Part shown: positions 24,760-39,100 of the stretch, piece after piece | How positions within the stretch are numbered: the first letter of the stretch is position 1 | How the letters are laid out: each line of letters begins with the position of its first letter | Source: Camelus dromedarius | Lineage: Eukaryota | Assembly (NCBI RefSeq): GCF_036321535.1 | Contig: NC_087436.1 | Coordinates: 110,300,001-110,364,000, forward strand | Length of the DNA stretch: 64,000 nt | Direction: 5' to 3' | Notes under the pieces: generated by a model | What the model was told of the DNA's origin: nothing | What the model saw: the letters and a program-made list of their open reading frames with translations, nothing else | Databases searched by the model: none | Position numbers and translations under genes: made by a program

Positions 24760-27700
24760 TTGACCCCCACCCATCACCACAAATTGTCCATCCTAAATCT
24801 CATTCTCTTCTTCTAAAGTAACATCTATTATGATTTTTGTTTGTACAGTTTTAGATCTATTTTAGACATTTACACACACACACACACACACACACATACA
24901 CACATAAACATATATAAGGTATTGCCTCTGTGTGGGAAGCTTTTAAAATGATCAGGAATAATGTAACAAATGCTCATATCTCAAACACCTAGAATTAATG
25001 TCTATTAATATATTTGTTTAAGAGTTTTCAGGAAATGATGCATTAAAGATAAGGGTGAAATGTCCTTCTATTGTGAGATCCCTCCAATTTCAGTTCCCTG
25101 TATACTATCTGGACCTTCAAGAAAAAATACAGAATGAGTTTGGTTCATTTTTATATACTAGCAATACTATATATTAATTGTAAATGTACATGTAGATGTA
25201 CACAAAATATTTAGGTGCATATACATAAAATATAGTTTTGATATATGTTAAATTTCCTTGAATCATGTCATATTGTATATATAATTCTTTATTATGTTTT
25301 TTACTCAATTATGATATTTTGTACATCTACCCATATTTCCATTTAAAGATCTAGTTTATTTGTGTTAAAATCATCATATAGTGTCCTATCTGACTGTACC
25401 ATATTTTATTCAATCATCCACCTACTGATGAATATTTTATTAAACACCTTATCTATTATAAATAATGCTGCAGTGAGAATCTTTCTAAATATTTCTATAC
25501 AAATGTGAGAAAGTTTTCCTTTGCAGAATTGAAATATATGAGTTTGGATATGGTTATTTCCAATTTTATCAGACTATGTCAGGTTACTTTCAAAGTGTGT
25601 CTGTTTAAATTCTCAGCAGCTGAAAATAAATGATGATCCTATTTCTCTGAATATTTGTTACTGTCACTTTTTTTAATTTCATGACATTATTGGGATATTA
25701 TTGAAGTAAATAGCATGTATTTGAATAGTATAATTTAAATGGCTTTGACATTTTTATATGCATATGAAATCAACCATAGAATCAAGATAATGAATATTTC
25801 TATCATCACCAAAACTTTCCCTGTGTCCATAAACAATACATTCTTTATTCCAACCCCTTCTCCAAGAAACAATTGACCTGCTTTATGACAATATAAATTA
25901 GTTTATTCTGTCTAAAAATATATATCCATGGAACCATAGAGTGTAAACTCTTCCCTTGCTTTTCTCACTCAGAATGATGATTTTGAGATTCATCTCCTGG
26001 GTATCAATACTTTATTCCTTTTAAAGTTCAAGTATCCATTCACCTACTCTTGGACATTTGAGTTGTTTCCAGTTTGGGACCTTTACAAATTAAGCTACTA
26101 GTAATATTCATATAGAAGTCATTATTTGTACATATTTTTGAGTTTTCCTTTCTCATTGTAAATGACTAGGGGGAGAACTCCTAAGTCACAAGGTAGGTGT
26201 ACATTTAATGTTTTAAGAAACAGCCAAATTATTTTGCTAAGTAGTTGTACCATTTTATATTCCTACCAGCAGTATGTAAAGTCCCAGAAGCTCCACATCC
26301 TTGCTAATTCTTTGTAGTCTCAGTCTCTTTGATTTTAGCAAATCTAAAATGAAGTGGGTATGTAGTGGTATCTCATTGTGATTTAATTTTTATTTCTCTG
26401 ATAATTAATGCTATTGAGTGTATTTTCATGTGCTTATTTGTCATTTCAATCCTTTCTTTTGTAAAGTGTCCAAACCTCTTGCCCAATTTTTTACTGAGTT
26501 GTAAGCATTCTTTATATATTCTGGGAAAAAGACTTTGGTCTTATATATGGGTTGTAAATATTTTCTACCAGTATGTTGTTTTTATTTTTATCTTTTAAAA
26601 TAAGTATTTCAATGGCAACTTTTAAATTTTAGATAGATCCAACTAATTATTTTTTCATATTATGTATACTTCATGCTTTTTGGATTGTATCTATGTTGGG
26701 GAAGCAAAAATTTTCTTCTTTGTTTTCTTTTATATGTTTTATTCTTTTAGATTTACAGTGAAGTTCATGATTCATTTATAACTCAGTTATGGTAAGGCCT
26801 TTATTTGTCCTGGCTATTTTAAATACTTTGTATTTCTCTATATATTTTAGAATCAACGTATAAAATCTTCTCAATTTATTTAAAAAGGGTGCTGAAACAT
26901 TGACTGTAACTATGTTGAATCCTAGAATAATTTTAAAATTTGACATCTTAACACTAATGAGCATTCCAACTCATGATTAACATATATCTCTATACTTATA
27001 TAGCTTTTCTTTCATTTCATTAATGTTTTGTTGTTTCGCTATGTTTCATTAAATAAATTACTAAGTATTTTTTTGGTTTTGGTGCCACTGTAAAAGGAAT
27101 TTAATTTTTAATACCAATTGTTTGCTTCTAGTATATACAAATCTGCTTTATATTCTGTATTAACCTCATATCTGAAACCTTGCTAAATTTATTTTGTAGT
27201 CTTAATAAGTCTTATTTGTAAGTTCCTTGGGATTTTCTGCAATTCTCTACAAATAAGGAGAGCTTAGCTTCTTTTCCAATCCTTGTAATTTCTATTATTT
27301 GTCTTGCCTTGTTGCTATGCCTAGCAACTCCAGCACAACATTGAACAGTCATGGCAATAGTAGACATTCCTATCTCGTTCCCTATCTCAAGGGGAAGCAT
27401 TTAAGTTTTCCATTAGTGAGCATTATGTTGGTTGTGGAATTTTAATTGATGTCCCTTGTCTTTGAGAAAATTTCATATTATTCCTAATTTCATGATAGTT
27501 TTTATCTCAAATGAATATTCAGTTTTGTCAAATGTTTTTCTGCAACAATTGAAAGAATCATATTTCATTTTCACAATTTAATTATTTCTTTTTTAAGTTT
27601 TGATTTTTTTGTTGTTGCTAATGTGATGAATTATACTGATTGATTTTCAAAGGATAAACCAATCTCATATACCTGGGATAAACCCTACCTCCTCATGATG

Positions 27701-28540
27701 TGTCATCTTTCTTATTATCAGACTTGATTTGCTGATATGTTTCTAAGAAGTTAATATCTATCTTCATGAGGGATATTTAATTTTTTTGCAATATTTTTTC
27801 ATGTATTAGGGTTATCATTGACCTCATAAAATGATTTGGGTACTGCTCTCCTACATTCAGAAAATGTATGTGAAAAGTTGATATTATTTCTTCATTGAAT
27901 GTTTGATACATTTCACCAGTTAAGCATCTGGGCCTGAATATTTACTTTTGAGGCTTGTATAGACAACAAATCTGATTTATTGAATAGGTATAGAGGTATT
28001 CAGATTTTTCAAGGGGAGGGTATAGCTATTTTGTATTTTCCAATAAATTTTTATGTATTATCCAAGTTGTCAAAGTTGTTTTCATCAATTTGTTAATTGA
28101 ATTCTCTTGCTATCTTAATGTCTAGGACCTGAGATGAAAACTTCTTTTTCATTCCTGATATTTGTGATGTATTTCTCCTGCATATCCCTGCTATCGCTCT
28201 CTCTCTCTGCATCGCTTAATCAGTCTAACTGGAGATTAATTAATTTGTTTGATCTTTTAAAATGACTGTGTATTGGCTTTAATTTTCTCCACTGTCTGCC
28301 TGCTTTTTTATTTCTTTGATTTCTGCTCTTTATTATTGTTTTTCTTCTACTTAATTTGGGTCAATTTGCTCTTCTTCCTGCAGCTTTTTAAGGTGAAAAT
28401 TTATGTCTTTAATTTTATATCTTCCTTCTTTTATAAATATAAGCACTTTAAGTATGAATTTGCCCTAAGAACGGCTTTACCTTCAACCCACAAATCTTGA
28501 TATGTTTTGTTTTTCATTGTCATCAATGTTAAAGTATTCA
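24760..28540 (-). mobile_element. Old L1M elements (L1MC/MD/ME-like): decayed ORF2 and 3'UTR
   Basis: 'gtagtggtatctcattgtgatttaattt', 'cctgggataaaccctacct'; ORF 27212-27400 resembles an L1 RT-region peptide. Confidence 0.85.
24871..24905. repeat. (CA)n microsatellite
   Basis: CA run. Confidence 0.95.
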
Positions 28541-29215
28541 AATGCTGTATGATCTGTTTTCTGCCAGCCTGCTTGATGTCATCTGCACTCTTCTGCTTCT
28601 TATTCATTCCTCTCTGAGGCTTATTTTATGTTGTTGAACATGTCTCAAGGACACTACCCTACTCTAGTACTTTTTCAATAATTATTCCCTTCTCTTGGAC
28701 TAAAGCCTCTGCCTTCGGATCCCTACGTTGCTGGGTTTTTATTTTCACCTGCCTGCAAAGATCTTTCTCTTTCTGTCAATCTGATTCCCGAATCTTTGTC
28801 ATATAATCCACTTTTATTTCTGTTATAGCATTTGTTACTTGACATAATCATGCTTGTGTATTGCTTTGTTGATTTAACATATTTTCCCAACTAAAATGTC
28901 TAGTCTGTTGTAGGATTAATCTTACATATTTTGCTCACTGGTATATCCACACAAAGCTGGACAGTAGGAGTTCAGTAAATGTACACATTCAGTAAATATG
29001 TACACAAAGTGTACTCTTACACTTTGTTAAGTGTATTACCTTATTTAATCTCCAAAATAACCCTGTGAGTTAGCCGTTGTTATCTTATTATTTTTAAAGA
29101 TAAGCAACATAGTACTTCGGGAAGAAATAGCATGGTAAAACAGCCTTAATAAGATGCAGAGTCAAGATGTGAATGCACGTCTGGCTCCAGGGCCTGAATT
29201 CTTACCCACTGGGTC
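28540..29215. mobile_element. L2 3' end (+) followed by MIR (-)
   Basis: 'acagtaggagttcagtaaat'; 'ttatttaatctccaaaataaccctgtgag'. Confidence 0.7.
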
Positions 29216-30569
29216 ATGGGGCCGAGGATAAACTCCAGGTTTCTTGCTTGGACTTTCTAGTAGATTACAGGAAAGCCCAGAGAGGGCGTTGTTTGTTGGG
29301 AAAAAAATAAGATCAATATTAAATTGTTTCACTTCAGATGCTTACAGAACATGCAGTTGCACGGCAGGTATGAAGTTGGATGATGATGCATTTAAAATGC
29401 CGTCATTTACAACACTCTCAGAATGTCATGTGAGCGTGAATGAGAAAGTTCAGACATTAGCATAGTAAACAAATGTCAGCACATTACCAAACAGCATGCT
29501 TTCCGAGTTTTTATAACTGAACCTCAGTAGTTCCAAATCAAAATAACTTACTTCTAAGTGGTTTAATAAGCAAAGTGCAGACAAATGCTTCCGTTTGTGT
29601 TCTCTGTTAGAAGGCACTGCCTATATGAGGAACACAGCACAGATTCAACACAGCAATTCTCCAGAGCTTAGCCTCCATGGTGGAAAACAGAGCAAGCTCT
29701 TCCTTTTAAAATTAAATTTCCACTAGCGTTTTGATAAAAGATTTTTTTTTAATTTTTATTTCCTTGGGTGATCCACATTTTATGAGAAAATGAACACTGA
29801 CCTAAAAATAAGTTATTTAATGACCCTTTGAGATTTAGTTTCCAAAACTTTCTCAGTCCTCTAATGCCATATCTAATTTGTATTGCATACGAGAGGCTTT
29901 TAGTTTTCTGTCCTACAGCTTTGAGACTGAGGAAAGTGACAAAGAAGGCCTGCCGTTTACTAGAGGTGGGTTTTGGTTATAGTCAAACATTTTGACCTTT
30001 TCACTAATGAGGACAAAGGAAATTGCAAGTCAGATAACAGTCATTCCAAACCTGACCAAAAACTAAAACATGGAATTAAATTGTGACCCGAGGCACAGGC
30101 TGATGCAGCGTGTTTTAGAGGGCAGAGAAGGCTCGTAGAAAAGGATGCAACAGGTCTCATCCCAGCTCAGCCACCGTCTGGAGCCTGGGGCAAGGCACTT
30201 CTCTCTGACTTCAATTCCCTTAACCTTATTGGGAAGCTGTCTACTTTACATTAGGTATCACTGGATGCCCTCTGGTTAGTTATAACAGGAGTCAACATGA
30301 CTATTTCCGTAGTTAGACTATCAGTGAGAAATGTAGACATATTTTAATGCATATTCATCCATAGCAATAACAATGCCAGTGCCATTTGTGTTAGAAGCTT
30401 TCATTGGTCAAGGTCAGATTGAGGGGGCATACAACAAAGCATTTATGGATTTGCCTTCAAATAAGGGCTAAGATTTTAATGACGTTCTTGTTTATACCAT
30501 AAACTTCCTTGCCCATCTCTCACTGTGTTGTATTTACCTCGCAAAATTCCAGCTCACTATGTATGCCCC

Positions 30570-32225
30570 ACCTATACTTGTTCAAATAAATTCGGTTAGA
30601 TAAAACCATGCTAGGCATACACTTTAAATGCCTCCACTTTAACTTTACACAGGCCATTATGCCCAAAAGTCCTAGCACAGATTTATTCCCTTCTCTATTC
30701 CTAGATTACTATTTCACAAGTTCTCTCTCCTCGAACATTCAACACCTTATTCTCAGCTTATGGCTCAGGATCTACCTCACTGATAAAATAAAAAAAAAAA
30801 AAATCAGAAGGTAAATTGACAGGCTCTGACCAAAATATCTACTACAAAACTACTTTTTTATATCACAGAGTTATTCTTCACCCCATTTAATGAGGAATGT
30901 ACTCTTCATGCACCGAAAGCCAGTCCCAACTGTGGTGTTCTAGAATTCTTCCTTTCTCATCGACTAAGGTAGTGGTTGTTTGCGCATTTGAAAATCATCA
31001 CCTTTTACTTTTTATTGGATTCTGTTCATTAGCACATAAATATCCTGCAATTATTCTCAAGTTAAAAACCAACAGGAAATTCTCCTTTGACCTCATAACC
31101 CCACCTAGCTTCCATTATCCTTTATAGAAAAAATCTCCTCAAACCAGGTATCTGTACATTATGTCCCCAAGTGATCTTCTCGCATTCTCTCTTGAACCTA
31201 ACAGATCAAGCATTCAACTCTTTTTTCCACTGAAACTGCTCTTTTCAATGATAAGCCCACACCTTACCTCACCTACCAACAATATCTGACACAATCATCA
31301 GCCGCTTCATGAAACTTACTTATTCAGCTTAGCTGATGGGGTATCTCCCTCAGTTGGTCCTCCTTCTACATCACTGACAGCTTCTTTTTATTTTCCTTTG
31401 TCAATTTCTCCATGTATCCTGATCTCTAGGCAATGGAAATTCTTGAGTGTCAATCCTCACACTTCTGTTCCATCTATACTCAATCTCTAAGTCATCTCTT
31501 CCAAACCCAGCGTTTTAAATGTCAACAGTTGTCTGACAACGTATACATTCATATCTTCAGTCCAAGTCTCTCCCTAGGACCCTAGACTTGCAGACACAAC
31601 TACCTACTAGACACCTTCACTTGAATGACTAATAAAGACCTCAAAACTAGTATTTCTATAAGTGGTAACCTCATTTCTCCCCCCAACACAGAATTGCTTC
31701 CCTTGTAGTCTTCTTCATCTTGTTTAATGACAATTCAAACTTTCCAGTTGCTCAGGCCAAACCATCCCTGAATCCCTTATTTCTCTTATGCCCCACACCA
31801 AAGCAAATTTCCTCTAAAAATATATAGAACTGAACCACTTTTCAATGCCATTGCCATTACACACTTGTTTAAGCCACTATCATATCTCATCTGGATTCTT
31901 TCCATACCCTTCTAATTTTCCTCTCTGCTACATGCTTGCCATAATAGGGTCTACTTTCACCCAAAGCTAGAGTGATCCTAGCACTCTTATTCTCAGATTT
32001 TCCAATGACACTCCATCTTGCTCAAAATAAAAGCCAGTATCTTTACAGTAGCCTAGAAGGTACCATATGATCTGGTCCCCATTGGCTCTATTACATCATG
32101 TCCTACAACGCCCCCAATATACTCAGTGTGCTCCTGTCTCACTACCTTTTCCTTCCTCTAAAGTCTGCCAAGTACCTGTCCTGATCCAGTTAAGCACTTC
32201 CTGCTACTTCTGCTTGAAATGCAGA
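30570..32225 (+). mobile_element. Long L2 fragment, including the ORF2 region
   Basis: 'ccactgaaactgctctt', 'acaactacctactagacaccttcacttgaatg', 'ttccagttgctcaggccaaa'. Confidence 0.85.
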
Positions 32226-34560
32226 AAGGTGGGAGTGTGCTTGGCAAACCCTCCCTTTAATTTGTCTTACATCTTAATTATAGGAAGAAAATTAGATATT
32301 TAGTCTTCTTTTTATACATTATAATAATAATTATTATAATTACATATATAATAAATATATATGTACTACTTCTCTTTTATTCATTCATCTTTGATGGACA
32401 CTTGGGTTGCTTCCATATATTTGCGATTTTAATGCTGCTGCTATGAATATTGAGGTGCATATATATTTTTGAATTAGTGTTTCCTTTTTTATTTCAATAT
32501 GTACTCAGGAGTGGAAATCTTGGATCATATGATAGTTCTATTTTTAGTTTTTTGGGGACACTCCATGCCATTTTCCATGACTGTACCAGTTTACATTGTT
32601 TTCCATAATGACTGCACCAGTTTACAATGTCACCAACAGTGTATTAAGGTTTCCTCTTCTTCACATCCTTGGTAACATTTGTTGTTTGTGGTCTTTTTGA
32701 TGATAGCCATTCTGACATGTGTGAGGTGATATTTCATTGTAGTTTTGATTTGCACTTCTCAGGTGATTAATAATGTTGAGCATCTTTTCATGTGCTTCAT
32801 AGCTATTTGAATGTCTTCTTTGGAAAAAAATGTCTAAGCAGGTCTTCTGCCTATTTTTTTATTGGGTTGTTTTGGTTTTTGATATTAAGTTATATAAGTT
32901 TTTATATATTTTGGATATTAATCCCTTATCAAACACATCTTTTGCAAATAATTTCTCCCATTCAGTTGGTTGTCTTTTTTGTTTTGTCAGTACTTTCATT
33001 GGCTTTGCAAAAGCTTTTAATTTAATTAGGTTTCATTTGTTTAGTTTTGCTTTTGTATCTTTTGCCTGAGGAGACTGACACAAAAAAATATAACTACAAC
33101 TTAAGTCAAAGGATGTATTGCCTAAGTTTTCTTTTAGGAGTGCTATGGCTTCCAGTCTTAATATTTAGATTGTTAAATGTTTCCTGCTACCTTGCTGAAT
33201 TCATTTATCAGTTCTAGTAGTTTTTGTGTGGAGCCTTTAGGGTTTTCTATATATAGTATCATGTCATCTGCATATAGTGACAACTTTACCTCTTCCCTTC
33301 CAATTTGGATCCCTTTTATTTCTTTTTCTTTTCTGATTGCTGTGGCTAAGACTTCCAACATTATATCAAGTGGGCATCATTGCCTTGTTCCTGATTTTAG
33401 AAAAAAAACTTTTAGCTATTCACCACTGAGTATAAGGTTGGCTGTGTGTTTGTCAAAAGTGGCCTTTATTACATTGAGGGTGTTTATACCAACACTGATG
33501 AGGGTGTTTATCATAAGTAGATGTTGAATTTTGTGAAATGCTTATTCTGCTTCTATTGAGATGGTGATGTGATTTTTAATCCTTCGTTTGGTTAATGTGC
33601 TATATCACATTGATTGTTTTATAGATACTGAATCATCTTTTCATCCCTAGAATAAACCTCACTCCATCATGGTGTATGACACTTTTTATATATTGTTGAC
33701 TTTGGTTTGCTAATGTTTTGTTGAGGATTTTTGCACCTGTGTTCATTAGAGATATTGGTGTGTAATTTCCTTTTTTCTTTGGTAGTGTTTTGTCTGGTTT
33801 TGGTATCAGGGTAATTGTGGCCTCATAGAATAAATTTGGAAGTGTTTCCCTCCTCTTCAATTTTTTGGAATAGTTTGAGAAGAATAAGTACTAGCTCTTC
33901 ATTACACATTTGGTAGAATTCCATTGTGAAGCCAGCCATCAGGTCCTGGCCTTTTCTTCCTGGAAGTGTTTTCATTACCAACTGAATTTCAGTACTAATG
34001 AACTGTCCGTGTAGATTGTCTATTTCTTCCTGATTCAGTTTTGAAAGATTGTATGCTTCTAGGATTATCCATGTCTTCTAAGTTGTCCAATTTGTTGGCA
34101 TATAACCATCCACAGAATTCCCTTATGATTTTTGGTAATGCTGTGATATTGGTTGTAAATTCTCCTCTTTTGTTTATTATTTTATTTGGCTCTTCTCTCT
34201 TTTTTTCTTAATGAACCTGCCTAAAAGCTTATCAATTTGATTTATCCTTTCAAATAACAAACTCTTGGTTATATTAATCTTTTCTTTTTTTTTTTTTTTT
34301 GGTCCCTGTTTTATTTATTTACTCCCTGATCTTTATTATTTCTACCTTTCCCATTTGGTAAGCATAATTTAGTTTTCTGTCTGTGAGTCTGCTTCTGTTT
34401 TGTATATAGATTCATTTGTATTATTTTTCAGATTTCACATATAAGTGATATCCTATATTTGTCTTTCTCTGTCTGATTTACTTCACTTAGTATGATAGTC
34501 TGTAGGTCCATCCATGTTGCTGCAAAAGGCAGTATTTCATTATTTTTATGGCTGAGTAAT

Positions 34561-34567
34561 CTTTTTT

Positions 34568-34651
<84 letters not shown>

Positions 34652-34730
34652 TTCTTTCTTTCTTTCTTTCTCTCTTTCTTCCTTTCTCTCTTTCTTCCTT
34701 TCTCTCTCTCTCTTTCTTTCTTTCTTTCTT
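34561..34730. repeat. (TTTC)n array
   Basis: ~170 bp homopyrimidine tract. Confidence 0.98.
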
Positions 34731-35064
34731 AACACCACATCTTCTTAAGCCAATTTCTGTTGATGGACACCTGGGCTGTTTCCATGTCTTGGCTACTATA
34801 AATAGTGCTGATATAAACATTGGGGTGCATGTATCTTTTTTAATTAGAGTTTTTCATCTTTTCTGGACATATGCCCAGGAGTAGATTTGCTGGATCATGT
34901 GGTAGCTTTATTTTTAATTTTTAAGGAATCTTCCTACTATTTTCCATAGTGGCTGCATCAATTTACATTCCCCCCAACAGTGTAGGAGGCTTTCCTTTTC
35001 CCCACATCCTCTCCAGCATTATTATTTGTAGTTCATAGATATAAAGAGAAAGGTATAGTTTGAA

Positions 35065-35080
35065 TTTCTTTTTCTTTTTC

Positions 35081-35177
<97 letters not shown>

Positions 35178-35209
35178 TCCTTCCTTCCTTCCTTCCTTTC
35201 CTTCTTTTC
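35065..35209. repeat. Compound (TTTC)n(TC)n(TTCC)n array
   Basis: ~145 bp homopyrimidine tract. Confidence 0.98.
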
Positions 35210-36164
35210 ATTTTGCAAATGAATGACTACTTGTTTCAAAACCATTTTTTTAAAAGGCAATTTTTTCTCTCATCAAAAATTTTTACACTTTTGTCACAAA
35301 TCAACTGGCCATATTTATGTGGAACTATCTGGGGGCTTTCTATTCTGTTCCATTGATCTATTGTCAGTTCATTCATTTTTATCAATTTTATCTTCAGTAC
35401 TTAAAACAAGACTAGGATCACAGTACAATAGATAAGAGAACTGTTTTCTTTATAACAGCAGATATCTTTGGCACTTAAATGCCTGCTTAATGTTGTTAAC
35501 ATGATTACACAGCATAAACCCTCAGAGATGTGAAAAATCTCTTTAATCTCTATAAACATTGTTATGTACAAATACAGCTTTCAGCAAAGATAAATATAAT
35601 ATTAAAATTGCTGGAATAAGTGCCCAATATCTGATTCTAAATACAGTGCTTAAATATTTGAAGAGTTTTGGATAATGAATCAAGTAGGGTGAAGATAAAT
35701 AGAGTATTCTGAGCCAACTATGCCATGTTTTCTTGACTCATTAATCAAAATATAAGATTCCTCTCCTTTAACCTCTTCTTTGCTGAACCAATCTAAAACC
35801 CTCTGAAATTATCTTAAGTTTTACCTTAAGATACGTTATTAGTGTATTGATTATCTGACTGAAGATTTGTTTTGCTCTGTAGACTCTCATAACACAACCT
35901 CCAGCAGTTCCTTTGACTTGCAGAAAGAAAAGATGATAAGACTTTTGTTTTGATTTCCAACTATTACCTACTAGTTCATAGTTTAGAACTTCTTGCTACT
36001 TTAAGACATAGGCAACCTCATATGTAGGAGACAGGATTAGAAATGGAAATGGTGTAACAAATAACTAATTATTAAGAATAGTTTGAAATGGCCTTAGACT
36101 ATGTCTTCCATCTGCCTCCCGCCCAAGTGTCTTTGGTTTCATACTCCTCCCTATGATGCCAAGC

Positions 36165-36355
36165 ACTTCTAAGCCATTAACATATGCAAACTCATTTAAT
36201 CATTACAATATCCATAGGAGGTAAATGCGGCATTAATATTTGCAAATGAAGCAGAGAAAGGTTAAGTAACTTGACCGAGACTATATTGCAAGAAAGAGAC
36301 ATAACCCAAACTCAGATAATCTTTTTCCAGGGTGTATGTTCTTAACCTGATCTTT
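36165..36355 (-). mobile_element. MIR
   Basis: 'ctcatttaatcattacaatatcc...gcagagaaaggttaagtaacttg'. Confidence 0.8.
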
Positions 36356-38304
36356 ACAACCGATAGATAAGAGTAAAGAGAACGTATAATCATATAGCAT
36401 CAATCAGTGAAATTCTCATCCCAAACTCCTTATGGTAAAATATGTGTTCAATAGAATTATATGGCGTATGCATTTAAAGTTTAAATTATTATAGCATAAG
36501 TAATAATAGAAGGTAAAATGCAGTAAACAGGGTATTACCATTATGTATGAAATATTATATATACAGGCACCCAAATCTTATTTAAAACTATTTTATTCTC
36601 TCTAAATATTGTTTCCCCTTTCCCCACAGGTCTAAACCTTCCTTATCCTTCAAGATCCACTTTTCCTTTGAAATTTGAGAACTGAATGTTTTTATACCCT
36701 AAGACAGAAAATTTAGCATAAAATGATTAAAACATAATATCTAGGCCAAATATGGAATACTTACGGAATGAAAGTTAAGAGTTAAATTAATGGGATGGAA
36801 TGGAGAAGACAGAAATAATATGTAACCTGAATCATGCTTAATTAGTGTGAATAAGACAACTGAAAAATTACAGTTAGGTCAACAAGGTATATCGTCTACA
36901 TAACCTAGCATCAAAATGCATCAGTGTTTCCAAATGAGTCTCCTGTTTGATAAGTTTTCAACCAGGAGATCTCTTCTTGGTATAGTAGAGCCCTAGACAT
37001 TGGCCAGACAAGACATGGCTTCCTGGGGAGGGAGAATACAGAGAGAGAAAAGAAAAGTAGTCTTAACCAGTGTATTTTCTATTTCTTTAAAATAAGTTTA
37101 AGCAGAGAGGCCTGGATCTGCATGACAACACGATAATTGCACATTTTTACTGAGACTCACAGTTCAGTTTTTTCACTCATTTTTCTTATCTAAGGGAGAG
37201 AAATAGAATTGTTGTCATAACGAAACTCATCCACCCCATAAACACATTTTTCCACTGTCACTGAGGAATGAGATTCACATAATGGGATATTTCTGAGAGC
37301 TGAAGTACATACATTTGGAAATATATTTTTACTAGTGTGGAAATTATTTTGAAATAAATTAAACAATGTCAATAAAATGCCCATAAAACTGGGGCCTAGT
37401 GCCAGATGGAAAAATCTGAAAACAATAAAGAATCCAGTGAGGCAGCAAAAATAAAGACTGAATCAAATTAAGGGGTGAAGGGAATTAGCTGCAACCTTGG
37501 TTGTAAATATTAAGTAATGGTGATAAATGAAAGACGCCTAGAAGGGATATATAATGCATTAGGTTGCAAAAGTAATTCCAGCCAGAAGCCATAGAAATGG
37601 AGTCACCCACTTACAAAGCAGCCAGAACTCAATTATAAGAAGAGGTTAAGTATATTCAACAGTGGCTCTAGTAGACTGGCTTGGACATACACAATTGCTC
37701 GAATTCCATGATACGATCTTGTAGCACGTTTGGACCACAGCAAAGGACATCAATATGGAATGTCAAAAATCTCCTATAAACCTTTTACAAAAAGGCAAAG
37801 AAACCAACAGATAAAATGCACAAAAGACGTAAATAAACAGTTCACAGAATTAGAAATTTAAAAGGATATATGTATATACAATTTTACATATAAAGTACAT
37901 GCAATTTAAATACAATAAAATGTTATGTTTTGCCTAAATTATTAGCAGCAATTCAAACATAAAATATCCATGTGACATCTTTTTTAATGTTATTTGTGCT
38001 ATCTATGGTGAGGGAATACTATTTATATCATTTTTATATTTTGTCCGTTTTTCCTTGTATGCTATATAGTTTGTTTTTATGTGAGTCATTGCTGTGATAC
38101 ATATTCGATGCATGCATATTAGTAACTCATATCTTTATTATTAAATACAGAGTTTAACAGTAAAAGTGTTCTTATTTGTCTCTGTGTTTCTTGAGCTCAA
38201 TTCAACTTTGTCAGATATCAAACTCATGACTCTTTTTTTTTTTAATTTGCAATTACCTTGTGTAGCTGTATCCATTTTAATTTAAACACTTAAGAATGTC
38301 TTGC

Positions 38305-38527
38305 AGATTTGTAGACGCTAACTGCTATATATAGAATGGATAAACAACAAGTTTCTTCCGTATAGCACAGGGAACTATATTCAGTATCTTGTAGTAACCT
38401 ATAATGAAAAAAAAATATGAAAGGAAATATATGTATGTATACATATACTGAAACATCATGCTGTATGCCAGAAATGGAAGCAACACTGAAAACTGACTTG
38501 ACTTTAATTTAAAAATGGGGGGAAAAA
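38305..38527 (+). mobile_element. Young L1 3' end
   Basis: 'atagaatggataaacaacaag...tatagcacagggaactatattcagtatcttgtagtaacctataatg'. Confidence 0.88.
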
Positions 38528-38588
38528 GAACCTCTTTGTTTTAGATGACTTCTTATGTACAGCATACTGTATGACTTTCTTTGCTTAC

Positions 38589-39100
38589 TGTGATGGCATA
38601 TATGCTGTTACCTCAGCGTCATCTTTATCCCCAAGCTCTGCAATGCATTTCCCAGAATGCCCTTCTGTGTATGGCTCTGGGTAAAAGACTGCAGGTATGG
38701 GGAACTTAAATGAATTTAAAAGATCAAAATGAAAGAGAAGATGTTCTTCTCTTGAAGCAGCTGCAGCCAGACATATGGGCACGTAAGAAATTCCTGACAA
38801 CTCTTAAGACTTACCTGGTTCTCCACTACAAGTGGAGATATTAGGTGGGGAATTCTCTGACTCTCAAGAGTTGCAGAAGCAGCCAGTTTGAGAATTATCC
38901 ATTTTGGTACCTTGGGTTGAGGCTTGAGTATTGATTATTTTGACTTGCAGGAGACCCTCTGACTTTCAGCAGTAGCTTCTCTGATCTCTGCCCCTCTGAC
39001 TCTTATGACTGATATTTAAACCCCTTTTTCTACATGAAAACAATTATACCTGAGCGCAAAGAGTGGTTCTGTCTTCTAACTGAATCTTGGTTAGCTGATT
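38589..39100 (+). mobile_element. LTR33-like ERVL LTR
   Basis: 'catttcccagaatgcccttctgtgtatggctctggg'; ends 'gagtggttctgtcttctaactgaa'. Confidence 0.6.

Larger units (their letters stand above)
32365..35360 (-). mobile_element. Composite of L1 segments
   Basis: ORF2 peptides '[36 protein letters not shown]' (RT YADD motif), 'LPNLFYEATITLIPKPDK', 'MFISALFIVAKTWKQPRCP'; frameshifted and with deletions. Confidence 0.95.

Noticed and set aside
33173..33860. Reverse-transcriptase-like ORFs as a novel RT system
   Set aside because: Ordinary fragmented L1 ORF2
34428..35356. K/E/R-rich and F/L/S-rich ORFs
   Set aside because: Translations of TTTC/GAAA microsatellites flanked by L1
38808..38820. 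Strong - strand donor CAG|gtaagt
   Set aside because: Inside an LTR relic with no convincing partner acceptor
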